From contig OZ024743.1 in the NCBI GenBank assembly GCA_964016885.1, positions 295,430,001-295,494,000 of the forward strand: a stretch of DNA of 64,000 nucleotides. The letters are read 5' to 3'. This document shows, piece after piece, positions 1 to 11,360 of the stretch. The stretch comes from Eledone cirrhosa (lineage: Eukaryota). Both the position numbers and the translations under genes were made by a program. How positions within the stretch are numbered: the first letter of the stretch is position 1; each line of letters starts with the position of its first letter. Below the pieces are notes generated by a model. It worked only from the letters and a program-made list of their open reading frames with translations. It was not told the origin of the DNA and searched no databases.

Positions 1-320
1 AACAAAAGATAATGGTCAAGAGAAATGGGATGGGAGAATTGATCTGGTTCAGTGAATATAGCAGGTTGTTTTTTCATATATGAGTGAAGTTTGGTTGGTT
101 GATGTAGTCACGTGAATAAGTATATCAGCTTTCTCGTATTTGTTTGAATTTCTTTCTACTTTAAAAAAAGTGGCTCACGAAGGCTTTTTTTAAATAAATA
201 TAATTTGATTGGTTATAAATAAAATCATGACTGTCACGTGAACAAGTTCATTAAATTTTGCGCCCGTATTTGGGAATTTATTTTGTAGCCTTTTAGAGAA
301 TTTTATGACAAGCAAAAGAT

Positions 321-505
321 AATTGTTTCTACTTTAGGCACAAGGCCAGCAATTAACCAGTGCATTACTGGTACTTTATTTTATCGACCCCGTAATGATA
401 AAAGACAAAGTTAACCTCGGCGGGATTTGAACTCAGAATGGCAAGGGCCGAAACTCTATGCGTCAAAGCATGGCGTCCAAATCTCTACCGATACTGCCAA
501 TCCAT
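321..505 (-). mobile_element. tRNA-derived octopus-type SINE
   Basis: Reverse complement matches the SINE copies at 10878-11360 (TTGGCAGTATCGGTAGAG A-box-like, GAGTTCAAATCCC B-box, tail CCTAAAGTAGAAACAATTAT). Flanked by the near-identical 17-mer GACAA(G/A)CAAAAGATAAT at 307-323 and 507-523, a TSD-like pair. Confidence 0.8.
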
Positions 506-1153
506 CGACAAACAAAAGATAATGGTCAAGAGAAATGGGATGGGAGAATTGTTCTGGTTCAGTGAATATGGTTGGTTCGCTGAGGTGTCAGAATTCAGAT
601 TTTCTATTGAAATAAAGAAAGTAAAGATATGTATGATTATTTGTTTGCTTGTGTGTGTGTGTGTAGGAAGATGATTCTATTAGTAGAAATGGGGGAGGGA
701 GTTGTGTGTGTGTATATAAGGATGTTATGAGTGTGTGTGGGAGTATGTTAAGATGGAGAGAATATATATATTTTGTGTGTGTGTATATGTGTGTAGGAAA
801 GTGATTCTATTAGTAGAAATGGGGGAGGGAGTTGTGTGTGTGTGTGGGGGGGGGGTTATGTGTGTGTATGGGTGTTATGTGTGTGGGGGAATATGGTTAG
901 CATGTTAAGATAAAGAGAATATATATATATATAGTGTGTGTGTGTGTGTGTAGGAAAATTATTCCGTTAGTAGGAATATTTTTGAATGAACATATTTTAC
1001 TTACTTATTCGTATTTGTTCTGTTGTATTGTCAGCGCAAACTTATGTTAAGGTTTATTTAGCTCGAGTTTTTATTTTCTAAAGTAGAAGGTATGTGTGTG
1101 TGTATGTGTCTGTTTGGATGGTTAGCATGTTATGGATCTTGACATAATGTATA

Positions 1154-4100
1154 TTAAACCATATTTAATGCTGGTCTATATTTTTGAATAAACATATTTT
1201 CCTTATTTATTCGTATTTGTTCTGTTGTATTGTCAGCGCAAAGGTAAAATGGGAAGACTTGGAGTTTGAGTGTCTTATTACTTGCGCATATGTCTAGATG
1301 TGCGCCTAGTGGTATCTCTCTCGTGGTTGGAACTCGTAATTGTTGGCGATGAACTGTCATTCTGTTTTTGAGTGTGAGTTTAGTTTGTCCTATATAATCT
1401 TCATTGCATCCTTTACATTTAATGGCATAAATTAGATTTTTTGATGAGCAAGTGAAGTGATTTTTTACGGCAAAATTTAGTCCTGATTTAAATGTATACG
1501 TGTTGCCTCCAATGAGGTGAGTGCAGGTACCACAATTAGAGTGACCACATTTTTTGACAGTTGGTTGTGGGTTTGTGGTAGGTAATTTAGCATTGGTGAG
1601 TAATGTTTTCAGTGATTTCGGTTGTCTTTTGCTTTTGATTATTGTGTTTCAAGGGCTTTTTTCATTCTTGGGTCTTGTTTCAGTAGTGGGACGTTCTTGG
1701 GAACAGTGTTGTAAGTTTCCGCATTTCTTGGGTTGTGTGTTGAGATATATGATAGAATATTGGACGTACCTTGAATTTGTTTCTGTTTTCGTAATTCATC
1801 AATGCCTATTGCATTAGCCCTTTCTATTCCATTATTTATTAGTAATGATGGGTACTCTCTTTCGAGTAGAATTTCCTTTAATTCTTGAAGTCTTTTATTT
1901 CGCATTTCATAATTGGAGACAATTGTGAAAATTCTTCTTGCTAGATTAAAAGGAATGTTCGTCTTCGTGTGCTTTGGATGGTTGGAGATGAATAGCAGGT
2001 ATTGTTTGGAATTTGTTGGTTTGTAGTGTATGTCAGTTTCAATATTTCTGTCTTTTTTTAAGATTAAGATGTCCAGAAATGAGAGTTTATCTTGGCTGTA
2101 TTCCATTGTGAATTGGTTGTGGTTATTGATGCCGTTTATTAACTTTTTGAAATCATTCAGTTGGTCGAGTGTGTCTGACCAAAGAATGAGACAATCATCC
2201 AAGTAGCGTTTCCAATTCTCTGATAAATATTTGTGGAATTCAATCCGTATTTTGATTTGGACTGTTCATATATCTGGACTTCTAAGTATGCCATGACTAA
2301 GTTGGCATAAGTTGGAGCGGCTTTTGTACCCATCGCAGTCCCCGAGTTTTGCTTGTAAACACTGCCATCAAAATCAAAAAAGTTGTTCTGTAAGATAAAT
2401 TTTAATCCCTCGGTGATGAAGCTTTTTTCTATTCTGCCAGTTATCTCATTGAGATATTTCTCTAGCCAGAATCCTATTGCTTCTAGTCCGTATTGGTGTG
2501 GGATCGTTGTGTAGAGATTCACTACATCGAAAGACTCAATAGTGTCGTTGTTGACATGTTTGGGAAGGTGGTTTAAGAGGTCCAGATCGTCTCTTACAAG
2601 GCTTGGTATGTGTTAGAGAATTGGTTTTAGTAGTATGTCTATAAAGTTGCTCAGTTTGTGTGTTTCACATTGTGGGCCCGCTACAATTGGTCTTAATTTA
2701 AGGTCTGTGAGGGTATTGTATGTTCATGCAGGCTGAGGTGGATTGTTTACAGGCATCGTTAATTATTTTACACTTGTGGATCTTCGGAAGTCCGTAAAGG
2801 TTGCTGGTTTTGTATTCAAAATGTGTTAAATAATCGCGTTCCTTTTTAGTTAAGTCTTCTTGGTATCGACAAATCAGTGTGTTTAATCTGGTCATTGTTT
2901 TTGATTGCTGGTAGATTTTTACTTTTTCATAGTAATTAGTATTTTGTAAGAGAGAACATAGAATTTTTATATTTTTCAGCATCCATAATGACAACAGTAC
3001 TTCCCTTGTCCGCATTGTTTTTTAGTTCATGGATAATCTCCCATTCCCTTCGACTCGTGTTGGGTTTGGGTTTAGGTTGCGGAAGTTCATGGTATGGGAA
3101 AGTAGCTATGTGGTCACAAAATTTGTCCAGAACTCTGTTTGTACCTTTTGTTGGGTTGTAACTGCTTTTATTCCGTACAATTGATTGGTCCTTATTCTCC
3201 TCGTCAAAATATTCCTCTGTGAGACGTAATTTTCTACAGAAGTGTAAGATATCGTCATTTATCTCATTGAGGTTAGTATATTGTGGTGTTGGTGTGAATT
3301 TCAATCCTTTGGAGAGAATGTTTACTTGTTGGGCTGAGAGGTTTGTATTTAAAAGGTTGATTATTTTCGGTTTTTCAAAATCGGTTTGTGCACCGGGTGT
3401 CGTGGGTCCTGTAGCCTTGGTCTAAAAAATGATTTTTCTGGAATGTTTTTTCAATGGTATTATTATATCTAATGAGATTTCCTCTGTTGTTGTGTGGTCT
3501 TGTATAGATGTTTCGGAAGTATTGAGGTTCGGTTTTTTTAAAGTCCGGGTTGAGGATTTTCTTCCTTTGTGTGGGTTGGGATCTACGATTTTGGAACAGG
3601 CTCTGTGTGGGCAGGAGTCTACGGTTTTGGAATAGGATTTGTGTGGGTTGTGATCTGCGGATCGGGTCCTGTCTTGTGTTGGGGGATCTTTGGGTTTTGT
3701 TAGTAGGGTTATAGTTTTGTCTATGGGTTCTGGGATTATCGTTATAGTTTTGCTGGAGGTATTTTGGACGTTTTGTTACTGTTTTTGTTATTTGCTGTGC
3801 ATGTTTTGTTACTCTTTTTGTTATTTGTTGTGCATGTGGTGTGTGAATTTTAGTTTGTTTTAAAAATGGGTTACCTGTATGTTGTTTATTTTTGAAATCC
3901 ATTTCGTTGTTGTTGAACAAGGTGGCGTTTTTTTCCCATCGCTGGAGGGATGTTAGTTCTTCATCCTCACAGTTTTCTTTCCAAAGTTTTAAGGTTTTTT
4001 CATAGAGTAGGCCTTCAGAGTGCCTTGAGATTTCTGTGTCCATCTGTTGGTCGAGTGACTTGAATATTTCTTTGTTGGAGTTGGCTCTTAATCACAACAG

Positions 4101-4332
4101 TTCGAATTTCTATTTTAAATGTTTCTAACGGCATCTTTTCCCTAAGTCTTTGTTGGTTTTCTGGTTCATTCGGGATGGGTTTTATTTTGAGTTTTTTGGG
4201 GAGTATGATTGGGGTTGAGTTTAGCCACTTTTCATATATGTCTGCCTTGCCATTATTTTTTAGGAGATTCCAAAAGGTGAATTTGCGGGCTGTGAGCTTT
4301 TGAGTCCATATATTGATTAGGGTGTTTTTCAC
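1154..4332 (-). pseudogene. Penelope-like element 1 (Neptune-like RT + GIY-YIG), frameshifted
   Basis: Consecutive minus-strand ORF pieces carry ADKG, LYGLPKIHK, GTAMGTKAAPTYANL and the thumb HYKPT..QYL. A CxxxxCxxC linker precedes NLIYAIKCKGCNEDYIGQT (GIY-YIG, ~1385-1440). The 5' end abuts (TA)n. Clade assignment is from motif recall. Confidence 0.9.
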
Positions 4333-4350
4333 TGAGTGGACATCTAGTAG

Positions 4351-4385
<35 letters not shown>

Positions 4386-4400
<15 letters not shown>

Positions 4401-4460
4401 AATTTAGGTAGTAACATGTGCTTATGCTGTATTTGACTAAATAGATTAGTCTGTTAGGAT
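4386..4460. repeat. Dispersed repeat fragment, second copy at 6030-6100
   Basis: TAGGTAGTAACATGTGCTTAYGCYGTATTTGACTA occurs at both sites, each right after (TA)n. The longer copy continues into a tRNA-like segment on the minus strand (~6137-6192). Confidence 0.6.
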
Positions 4461-4627
4461 TTTAGAAAACCCATTTTAGAAAACCCATTTGAGATTTTAG
4501 AAAACCTATTTTTAGAAAACCCATTTGAGATTTTTATGTTTGTCTCTACCAAAGCACAGCCACCGTATCGTCTATTAATTGAATTTGTGCACTCTGAACA
4601 TCTGATTGGAGTGTGCGCGAATGTGTG

Positions 4628-4739
<112 letters not shown>

Positions 4740-4790
4740 TGTCTATGTGTGTGTGGGGGGTGCGTATTCCATTATATATATATATATGTA

Positions 4791-5510
4791 TATAATGGAA
4801 ATAAGAGGGCTAAAGCAATAGGCATTGATAAATTACGAAAACAGAAACAAGTTCAAGGTACGTCCAATCTTCATATATCTCAACATACAACTCAAGAAAT
4901 GCGGAAACATACAATATTATGCATAAGAACATCCTCCTAATGAAAAAAGCACTTGAAAGACAAAATATTCAAAACCATAAGACAACTGAAATCACTAAAA
5001 ACATTACTCACCAATGCCAAATTAACTGCCACAAACCACAACCAACTCTCAAAAAATATATTCGCTCTAATTGCGGAACTTGGACTCACCTCGTCGAAGG
5101 CACCATGTATACATTTCAATCAGGACAAAATTTTGTTGTGAAAAATCAATTCACTTGCTCATCAAAATATTTACTTTATGCCATTAAATTTAAATTATAT
5201 AGGACAAATTAAACTAATGCTCAGAAACAGCATGACATTTCATCGCCAACAAATACGAGACCCTACCACAAGACAGATACCACTCAGTGCACATCTAGAC
5301 ATATGCGCAAACGATAAGACACCCAAATTCAAATGTTCTCACATTATCTTTGCGCTGACAATACAACAGACCAAATACGAATAAATAAGGAAAATATGTT
5401 AATTCAAAAATATAGACCAACATTAAATATAGGCTCTTCTATATTCGAAAAGAAAAACCAGAGCTAAATAGACTTTAACATACGTTAATATTTTAACACC
5501 TTAACATGCT
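4791..5510 (+). mobile_element. Inverted partial copy (pLTR-like) of the PLE 1 3' region
   Basis: Reverse complement of ~1040-1835 with indels (NCGT, NQFTCSSKYLLYAIK, HRQQIRDPTTRQIPLSAHLDIC). Confidence 0.85.
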
Positions 5511-6423
5511 AACCCCCCCCCCCCCACACACACACACACACACATGCGCATTTCAGAAGCGTTAGACTATTTTGCGTAAACCTAACAAGTCATCGTCAGA
5601 CAAGAATTAAATAGGAACGTGATATGCAGACTGCGGAAGATGGAATTTTGATTGTCCAAAGTTCGATCAGCACATAGTATCCCGATTTCTCGATGAATGC
5701 TAGTAAGCGTTTAGAATATCGCAGTTCTCTATACTAGTCATACCGACAGCCACTCCCTATTCTAGTTTCCTTGATGTTTCTCACTAGTATGCGTTATATA
5801 GTTAGAGTGGATAATCATTTGATGCGTATAACCCTTAGGATCGATTGGAATTCTATAGGATCCAGTACTACATTTGGTAAGTGTTAGGCTAAACTTTTAT
5901 TTTTGTTTTAGCTATTAAGCTTTTGTAGATTGATGACGTATCTACTTTCTAGTGTCATCCGTCAATATTTAGCGTACAGAGAGAGAGAGAAGCATACACA
6001 CTCACTCACACACACATATATATATATATTAGGTAGTAACATGTGCTTACGCCGTATTTGACTACATAGAATTAGTCTGTCAGTTGGGATTTTTAAAAAT
6101 CCTCTGAATGGAAAAAAAGGATGATTATTGACTTACATAGAACACAAACCCACATCTTTGGGTTTTCCGGACCAATATGTACCAATACACCAACACGCCA
6201 CCCATGCTTACTTACATTCAATTAGAACCACAGCAGGTATATACGTGTATATAAATCGGGAGACTACCTAATTTTCAAATTCGCTAGCCGTTTGTAAACA
6301 AAGCCTGCTTTGTGTACTTAATTATACACACACACACACACACATATATATTTATATACATATATATGGGGGTGTATAGATATATATAGATATATATTTA
6401 TACACCCCCATATATATATATAG

Positions 6424-9400
6424 GGTAAATTTCTTTAAGTCGTTTGGAAGCCTCGACAATGCAAATGGGTAAATCTCTGGGTAACAAGATCCGGTGGTGG
6501 AGAGAGAGATGTAAGTAGGTGTACGTTGAGATGCTTGGCGTGTATAAGACTGTAACGTGTAGAGGAATGAAGGAAAGAACGTAAAGGATAGAATAAAAAT
6601 AACAACACGAGAAAGAGTTACCTTTGGAGAGATTTAATTGTCCCTATAAATTTCGGAAATACATCCAGCAACTGGGTTTTTTTCTGGGATGGGGGGGGGG
6701 GGGGGTTGTCTGTCGGAAAGGTGCAAAACGTGTCCTCCGCTGTTCGTTGTTTTTGAATTTGTGGGGTATTCAGCACAGCGCGCGTGCGGGTGAAATGGGG
6801 ACGGTCAGGCAGAGGTCAGCGGCCGAAGTAGTTCTTTCAATTGTGGGAGTGGGGTGGCGGGGTGGCGCTAGCTGTCCGTCCATTCTCTGCCTGTTTGGTG
6901 AATCTTACTGTGTGTGTGTGTGCGTGTGTTGTTGCCTTGTTCCTCTGTATTGGCAGTGTAGTATGTTCGTATGGTGGAATGCTACTGTGTGTGTGCTTGT
7001 GTGTGTGTGCGTGTGTTGCTGTCTCGCTTGTGTGTGTGCGTGTGTTGTTGCATCGTTTGTTAACTTAAACCAACCACCTAATTTCGCTTCTCTCGAATCG
7101 GTTGTTTAGTTGTGGCCCTAGGCGTTTGCTCCAAAGTGCTTCCTTGATACGTAACGTGCCGACGTTTCTTTCTGTCGCTAGAATTGTGACAATGGGCCTT
7201 CCGTCTTTGTTTCCGCATTTGGCTATGTGTTTCCGGAAAGATGAGGCCCTGGTTATAGTGTGTTCATAGATCCGGATGTGCAACGGCCGGATTGCGCTAC
7301 CTATATAGTATTGGTTGCACTTGTTACATTCTATCTTATACACGACGTATGTGCGTAGGCAACAGTTCGCATGGCGCATCGGGCAGTCTCTGAGGGAGCA
7401 CGCGTCAGTTGATTTCCCGGATTTCCTGGAGAGGCATCTTCGCAGGGAGGGGCCCGAGTGGGCCAGGTGGATGTCGAGGCCCTCCCTCCGTATAGCCTTG
7501 CGGATAGCGTTAGTGGTATTCTCGCCCAGGTGTGGCATTTTAAGGAAGCACTTGCCTTGGGTGCCTCTCTGTCTCTTGTGTCTGGTGTCTCCTACTCTGT
7601 CTGTGAGCGAGGTGGGGTACCCGTTCGTCTCCAACACCTCGAGGAATCGCTTGGTATGTCTGACACCACTCGCGGGATCGCTGTATCTGTTTTTGATTCG
7701 CGCGATCTCGTTCGTGATGTATCCTCTTTTCGCACTGTTAGTGAGGGCGGACTTGTAGTGGACGAACAGGTCACTGCAGGCTGCCTTTCAGTAGAAGTTG
7801 CACTGGATCCCTCCCTGTTCCGTGATGTTGATTCGGAAGTCGAGGAGGGCAAGTGACCCGTCGTCGTTGGGGTGTTCAACAATGAAGTCAATGTCCTCGA
7901 CCGTGTTATTGAACGCCTCATAGATTCTGTTCGCCGTGTCTTGGGAAGATGTGAGGATGAGGATATCGTCCACGTACATTGAGAAAAAGGCGTCGGCGTT
8001 GGGGTGGCAGGCGTTGAGTGCTTTGCGCTCGAGGTTGTCCATGTAAGAGATCGCTAGCACACCCGACAGGCTTGATCCCATGGGCAGTCCCGAGGTTTGT
8101 TGGTATGTTTGGTAAAGGAATCCGAAGTAGGTGTTGTCGATGACGATGGATAGGAGTTGGTGGATGTCAGTGGTGGTGAGCCCGAAGCAGTGTAGGTCGG
8201 TGGATTGGACGCGTTCCATCAGTATATTGACGGTCGGGAGTGCCGGGACCGAGGTGTAGAGAGCGACTACATCAAGGGTGAAGGCACATCTGTTATTCTT
8301 TCTGGTGTCGGGATCCATTTGATGCAGGCGCTTCAACACCTCCTCGGAGCTGTTAACGTGTCCCGGCAAGGTGTCTAAGATGGGTTTGAGTATTCTGGCT
8401 AGGAGCCATGAAATTTTGTAGAGTGGTCCTTCCACGCTCGATACAATGGGCCTGATCTTCAGGTCGGGTCCCTGTTTGTGTGTTTACACGAGGTGGTAGA
8501 AGGTCTGCTGTTCCTCTTGAGGAGGTTGTATCTCAGCTTCTTCGGGAGCTTTCGCCGGTCGCAGATGTTGGTCCATGTGGCGTTGATGTGCTCTTCTATC
8601 TGCGCGGGAGTGATTCCCGTGAGCTTGGAGTAGAGGTTGTTATCGTGAAGGTGTTGGAGGGCCAGGAGATTGTAGGCCTCTCTGCTGATGACGCAGTATT
8701 CTTTTCCCTTGTCGGAGGGGAGGTAGATGAGGTTCTTCGATTTTAGTTTGGAGAGAGTGGTGAGTTGAGATTTGGTGAGGTTGTGTGTTGCGCGTGTGTG
8801 TGTGTGTTTGTGAAGTATATCCGAGATGGAGTGTTTTAGCCTGGTGAGTTTAGTATCGAGTTCGTGGTTGGTGGGTGGAGTGGATTGTCAGGGTGGTAAG
8901 TGGGGAACTTGGGGTGGGTTGCGTGGGCGCTGTTTATTTTCTGTGGCGCTGTTGATGGCGGTCACCCATTTAAGTTGGTAAGAGGCTCAACAAAAGTTGG
9001 CCTTGATGTTGAGTTTGAGTCTGTCGTCGAGTTGTTGTGAGACGATGAACTTGGGTCCGAGGTGTAGGAATTTCAGCTCGTCGCTCGTGAGAGTGCCGGT
9101 TAGGTCGGTGACCAGGTGCGTCGCATCGTTGAGGCGTGGCTAGGTTTTGGTTGATGCGGCGGTGGCGGTTGTTAAGTTGTTGTTTTCCACATAGTTCTGG
9201 TTCGTCTGTTCGTTAGTGTCGATGTTCTCGTTGTGGAGTTTAGACAAGATCCACTCATATTTTGGCTTGAGCCGTTTTTTCTCGTATTGGACTCTTGAGT
9301 GGTAGCACTGGTCGATTGCTTTAGTGATTTTTAGGAGCAAGTCGTCGGGTGCTTTTGGCAGTCGATGTGTCCGCTCTGAGAGTGTCCGCTTATGGACGTG

Positions 9401-9869
9401 TAATTGGCGGTTGAGATGTCTCAGAATCTGTTTAATACACGTGCGATGTATGCGGTTAATGGTGTTTTGGAAAGCTGGTGTACGTAGGCTTATTGGTAAG
9501 CGGATGTTCCTGATGGTGTTGGGGATGACATCGTTTTTTAGGCAGCGTTTCAGGAAAATAATTTGACAGCCAGCATTGGCCCATTTCTCCGACAGTCTAA
9601 ACAGTTCCCGTACGGATGCAAACAATTCCTGGCTCAGGTGAAAGCATAAGAGAGTATTGAAGCTTGCTTGAAGCATTGTGGAATAATAAGGTAAATTTCT
9701 TTAAGTCGTTTGGAAGCCTCGACAATGCAGATGGGTAAATCTCCGGGTAACAAGATCCGGATATTGTTACATGGAGGTTTACCCATGTGCATTGTCGAGG
9801 CTTCCAAACGACTTAAAGAAATTTACCTTATTATTCCACAATGCTTCAAGCAAACTTCAATACTCTCTT
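6424..9869 (-). mobile_element. Penelope-like element 2 (RT + GIY-YIG, tentatively Naiad/Chlamys-like), near full length
   Basis: Coding region 9676 to 7065 with in-frame stops at 9140 and 7788 plus frameshifts. Motifs: LGPKF, PSDKG, LDVVALYT, GLPMGSSLS, YVDD, VVYKIECNKCNQYYIG, EALW..PQLN. Direct terminal repeat 6424-6495 = 9690-9760, plus an inverted copy at 9764-9869. Confidence 0.9.
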
Positions 9870-9971
9870 ATATATATATATATAGTAATAATAATCAAAT
9901 TTGAAGACTAAAATCCAAAGACGGCTCGATAAAGATAAATATATATCAGATATATAAGAACCGTAGAGCAA

Positions 9972-10119
9972 ATATTTATTAAAATAACAGATTAAAGTTT
10001 AAGCAAAGAATCGCTGCTTTCACCCTTAACGGGATCTTCTGAAGAGTTTCAGAAGATCCCGTTAAGGGTGAAAGCAACGATTCTTTGCTTAAACTTTAAT
10101 CTGTTATTTTAATAAATAT
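9972..10119. repeat. Near-perfect palindrome (72-bp arms, 4-nt loop)
   Basis: 9972-10043 is the reverse complement of 10048-10119 with one mismatch seen. Confidence 0.9.
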
Positions 10120-10329
10120 ATATATATATATATATATATATGGGGGGGGGGTGTATAAATATATATATATATATTTATACACCCCTAATATATCTATATA
10201 TATGGGGAGTGTATATATATATATATACATATATATCAAACATGTATATATGTGTGTTTGTCTGTGCTATCCGTGTGCTATTCTGAAAGTTCCATAAGGT
10301 AAAATTCATAGTTAGAGAAAATAGTTTGA

Positions 10330-10540
10330 CAATGTCCCAGACCTTGCTACCGAGTCAGGTAGAGCTCGTCAAATCGGACCAAGGAAAGAATGTTTCCATT
10401 GCTCATAATATCTACCGGTTGTAACTCCTAACAAAAAGGAGCAATGTTTAATCTTACTCAAGCATATATCACATGACCTGTTCCTGTAATCGAACTCGCA
10501 ACCTCATGATTGCGAATCAAATTCTATAACCTCTAAGCCA
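10330..10540 (-). mobile_element. Degenerate tRNA-derived SINE
   Basis: Minus strand reads TGGCTTAGAGGTTATAG...GCGAGTTCGATTACAGG, giving A- and B-box-like motifs. Confidence 0.5.
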
Positions 10541-10877
10541 ATTACATTCATATATGCATAGATATATATCCTATTTAGCTAAATAACCGGATGTTACATC
10601 TCCGGTCTTACCAAAACTAATTCGAAACTAACACCATTACTGACACATTTCCTTCTATATACACATCATCGTTACGTCGTTGTACATGTATATTCTCTCA
10701 GACTTTCTCATTAGGGATATTCCTTTACTTAACCTATTTTTGCTTCTCATTTTCATTCTACATTTTACGTGCATTCTATATGTTTATTTACCTAATATTA
10801 TATGTCTCACATTAATAAATTTGTTTATCTTTCACAGCGAAAGAGAGTACTTGCTTTCATTATTTGGATTGCCGAGT

Positions 10878-11360
10878 TGATTGGCAGTATCGGTAGAGGG
10901 TCGGACGCCATGCTTTCCAGCATAGTTACGTCCCTTTACGATCTGAGGTCAAATCCCACCGAGGTTGACTTTGCCTTTCATCCTTACGGGCTCGATCAAA
11001 TAAAGTACCAGTAATGCACTGGGTAATTGCAGGCCTTGTGCCTAAAGTAGAAACAATTATTTGGATTGCCGAGGTTAACTTTGCCTTTCATCCTTACGGG
11101 GTCGATAAAATAAAGTACCAGTAATGTACTGAGATATTTGCTGGCCTTGTGCCAAAAGTAGAAACAAATATTTGGATTGGCAGTATTGGTAGAGGGTCGG
11201 ACGCCATGCTTTGACGTATAGATTTACGGCCCTTGCCATTCTGAGTTCAAATCCCGCCAAGGTTAACTTTGCCTTTCATCCTTACGGGGTCGATAAAATA
11301 AAGTAGCAGTAATGCACTGGGTAAATGCTGGCCTTGTGCCTAACGTAGAAACAATTATTT
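10878..11360 (+). mobile_element. Tandem trimer of octopus-type SINE (full, 5'-deleted, full)
   Basis: Three head-to-tail copies of ACTTTGCCTTTCATCCTTACGGG...AAAATAAAGTA(C/G)CAGTAATG...AGAAACAA. tRNA head present in copies 1 and 3. Confidence 0.85.

Noticed and set aside
4465-4535. Short repeated TTTTAGAAAACCCAT units as a CRISPR-like array
   Set aside because: Eukaryotic context and no unique spacers. It is a minisatellite.
7788-7790. In-frame TGA in PLE 2 as possible selenocysteine (reported for some Naiad PLEs)
   Set aside because: It falls at the Arg of the FYRK thumb motif, so CGA to TGA decay is the simpler explanation. No SECIS was recognised and the copy has other lesions.
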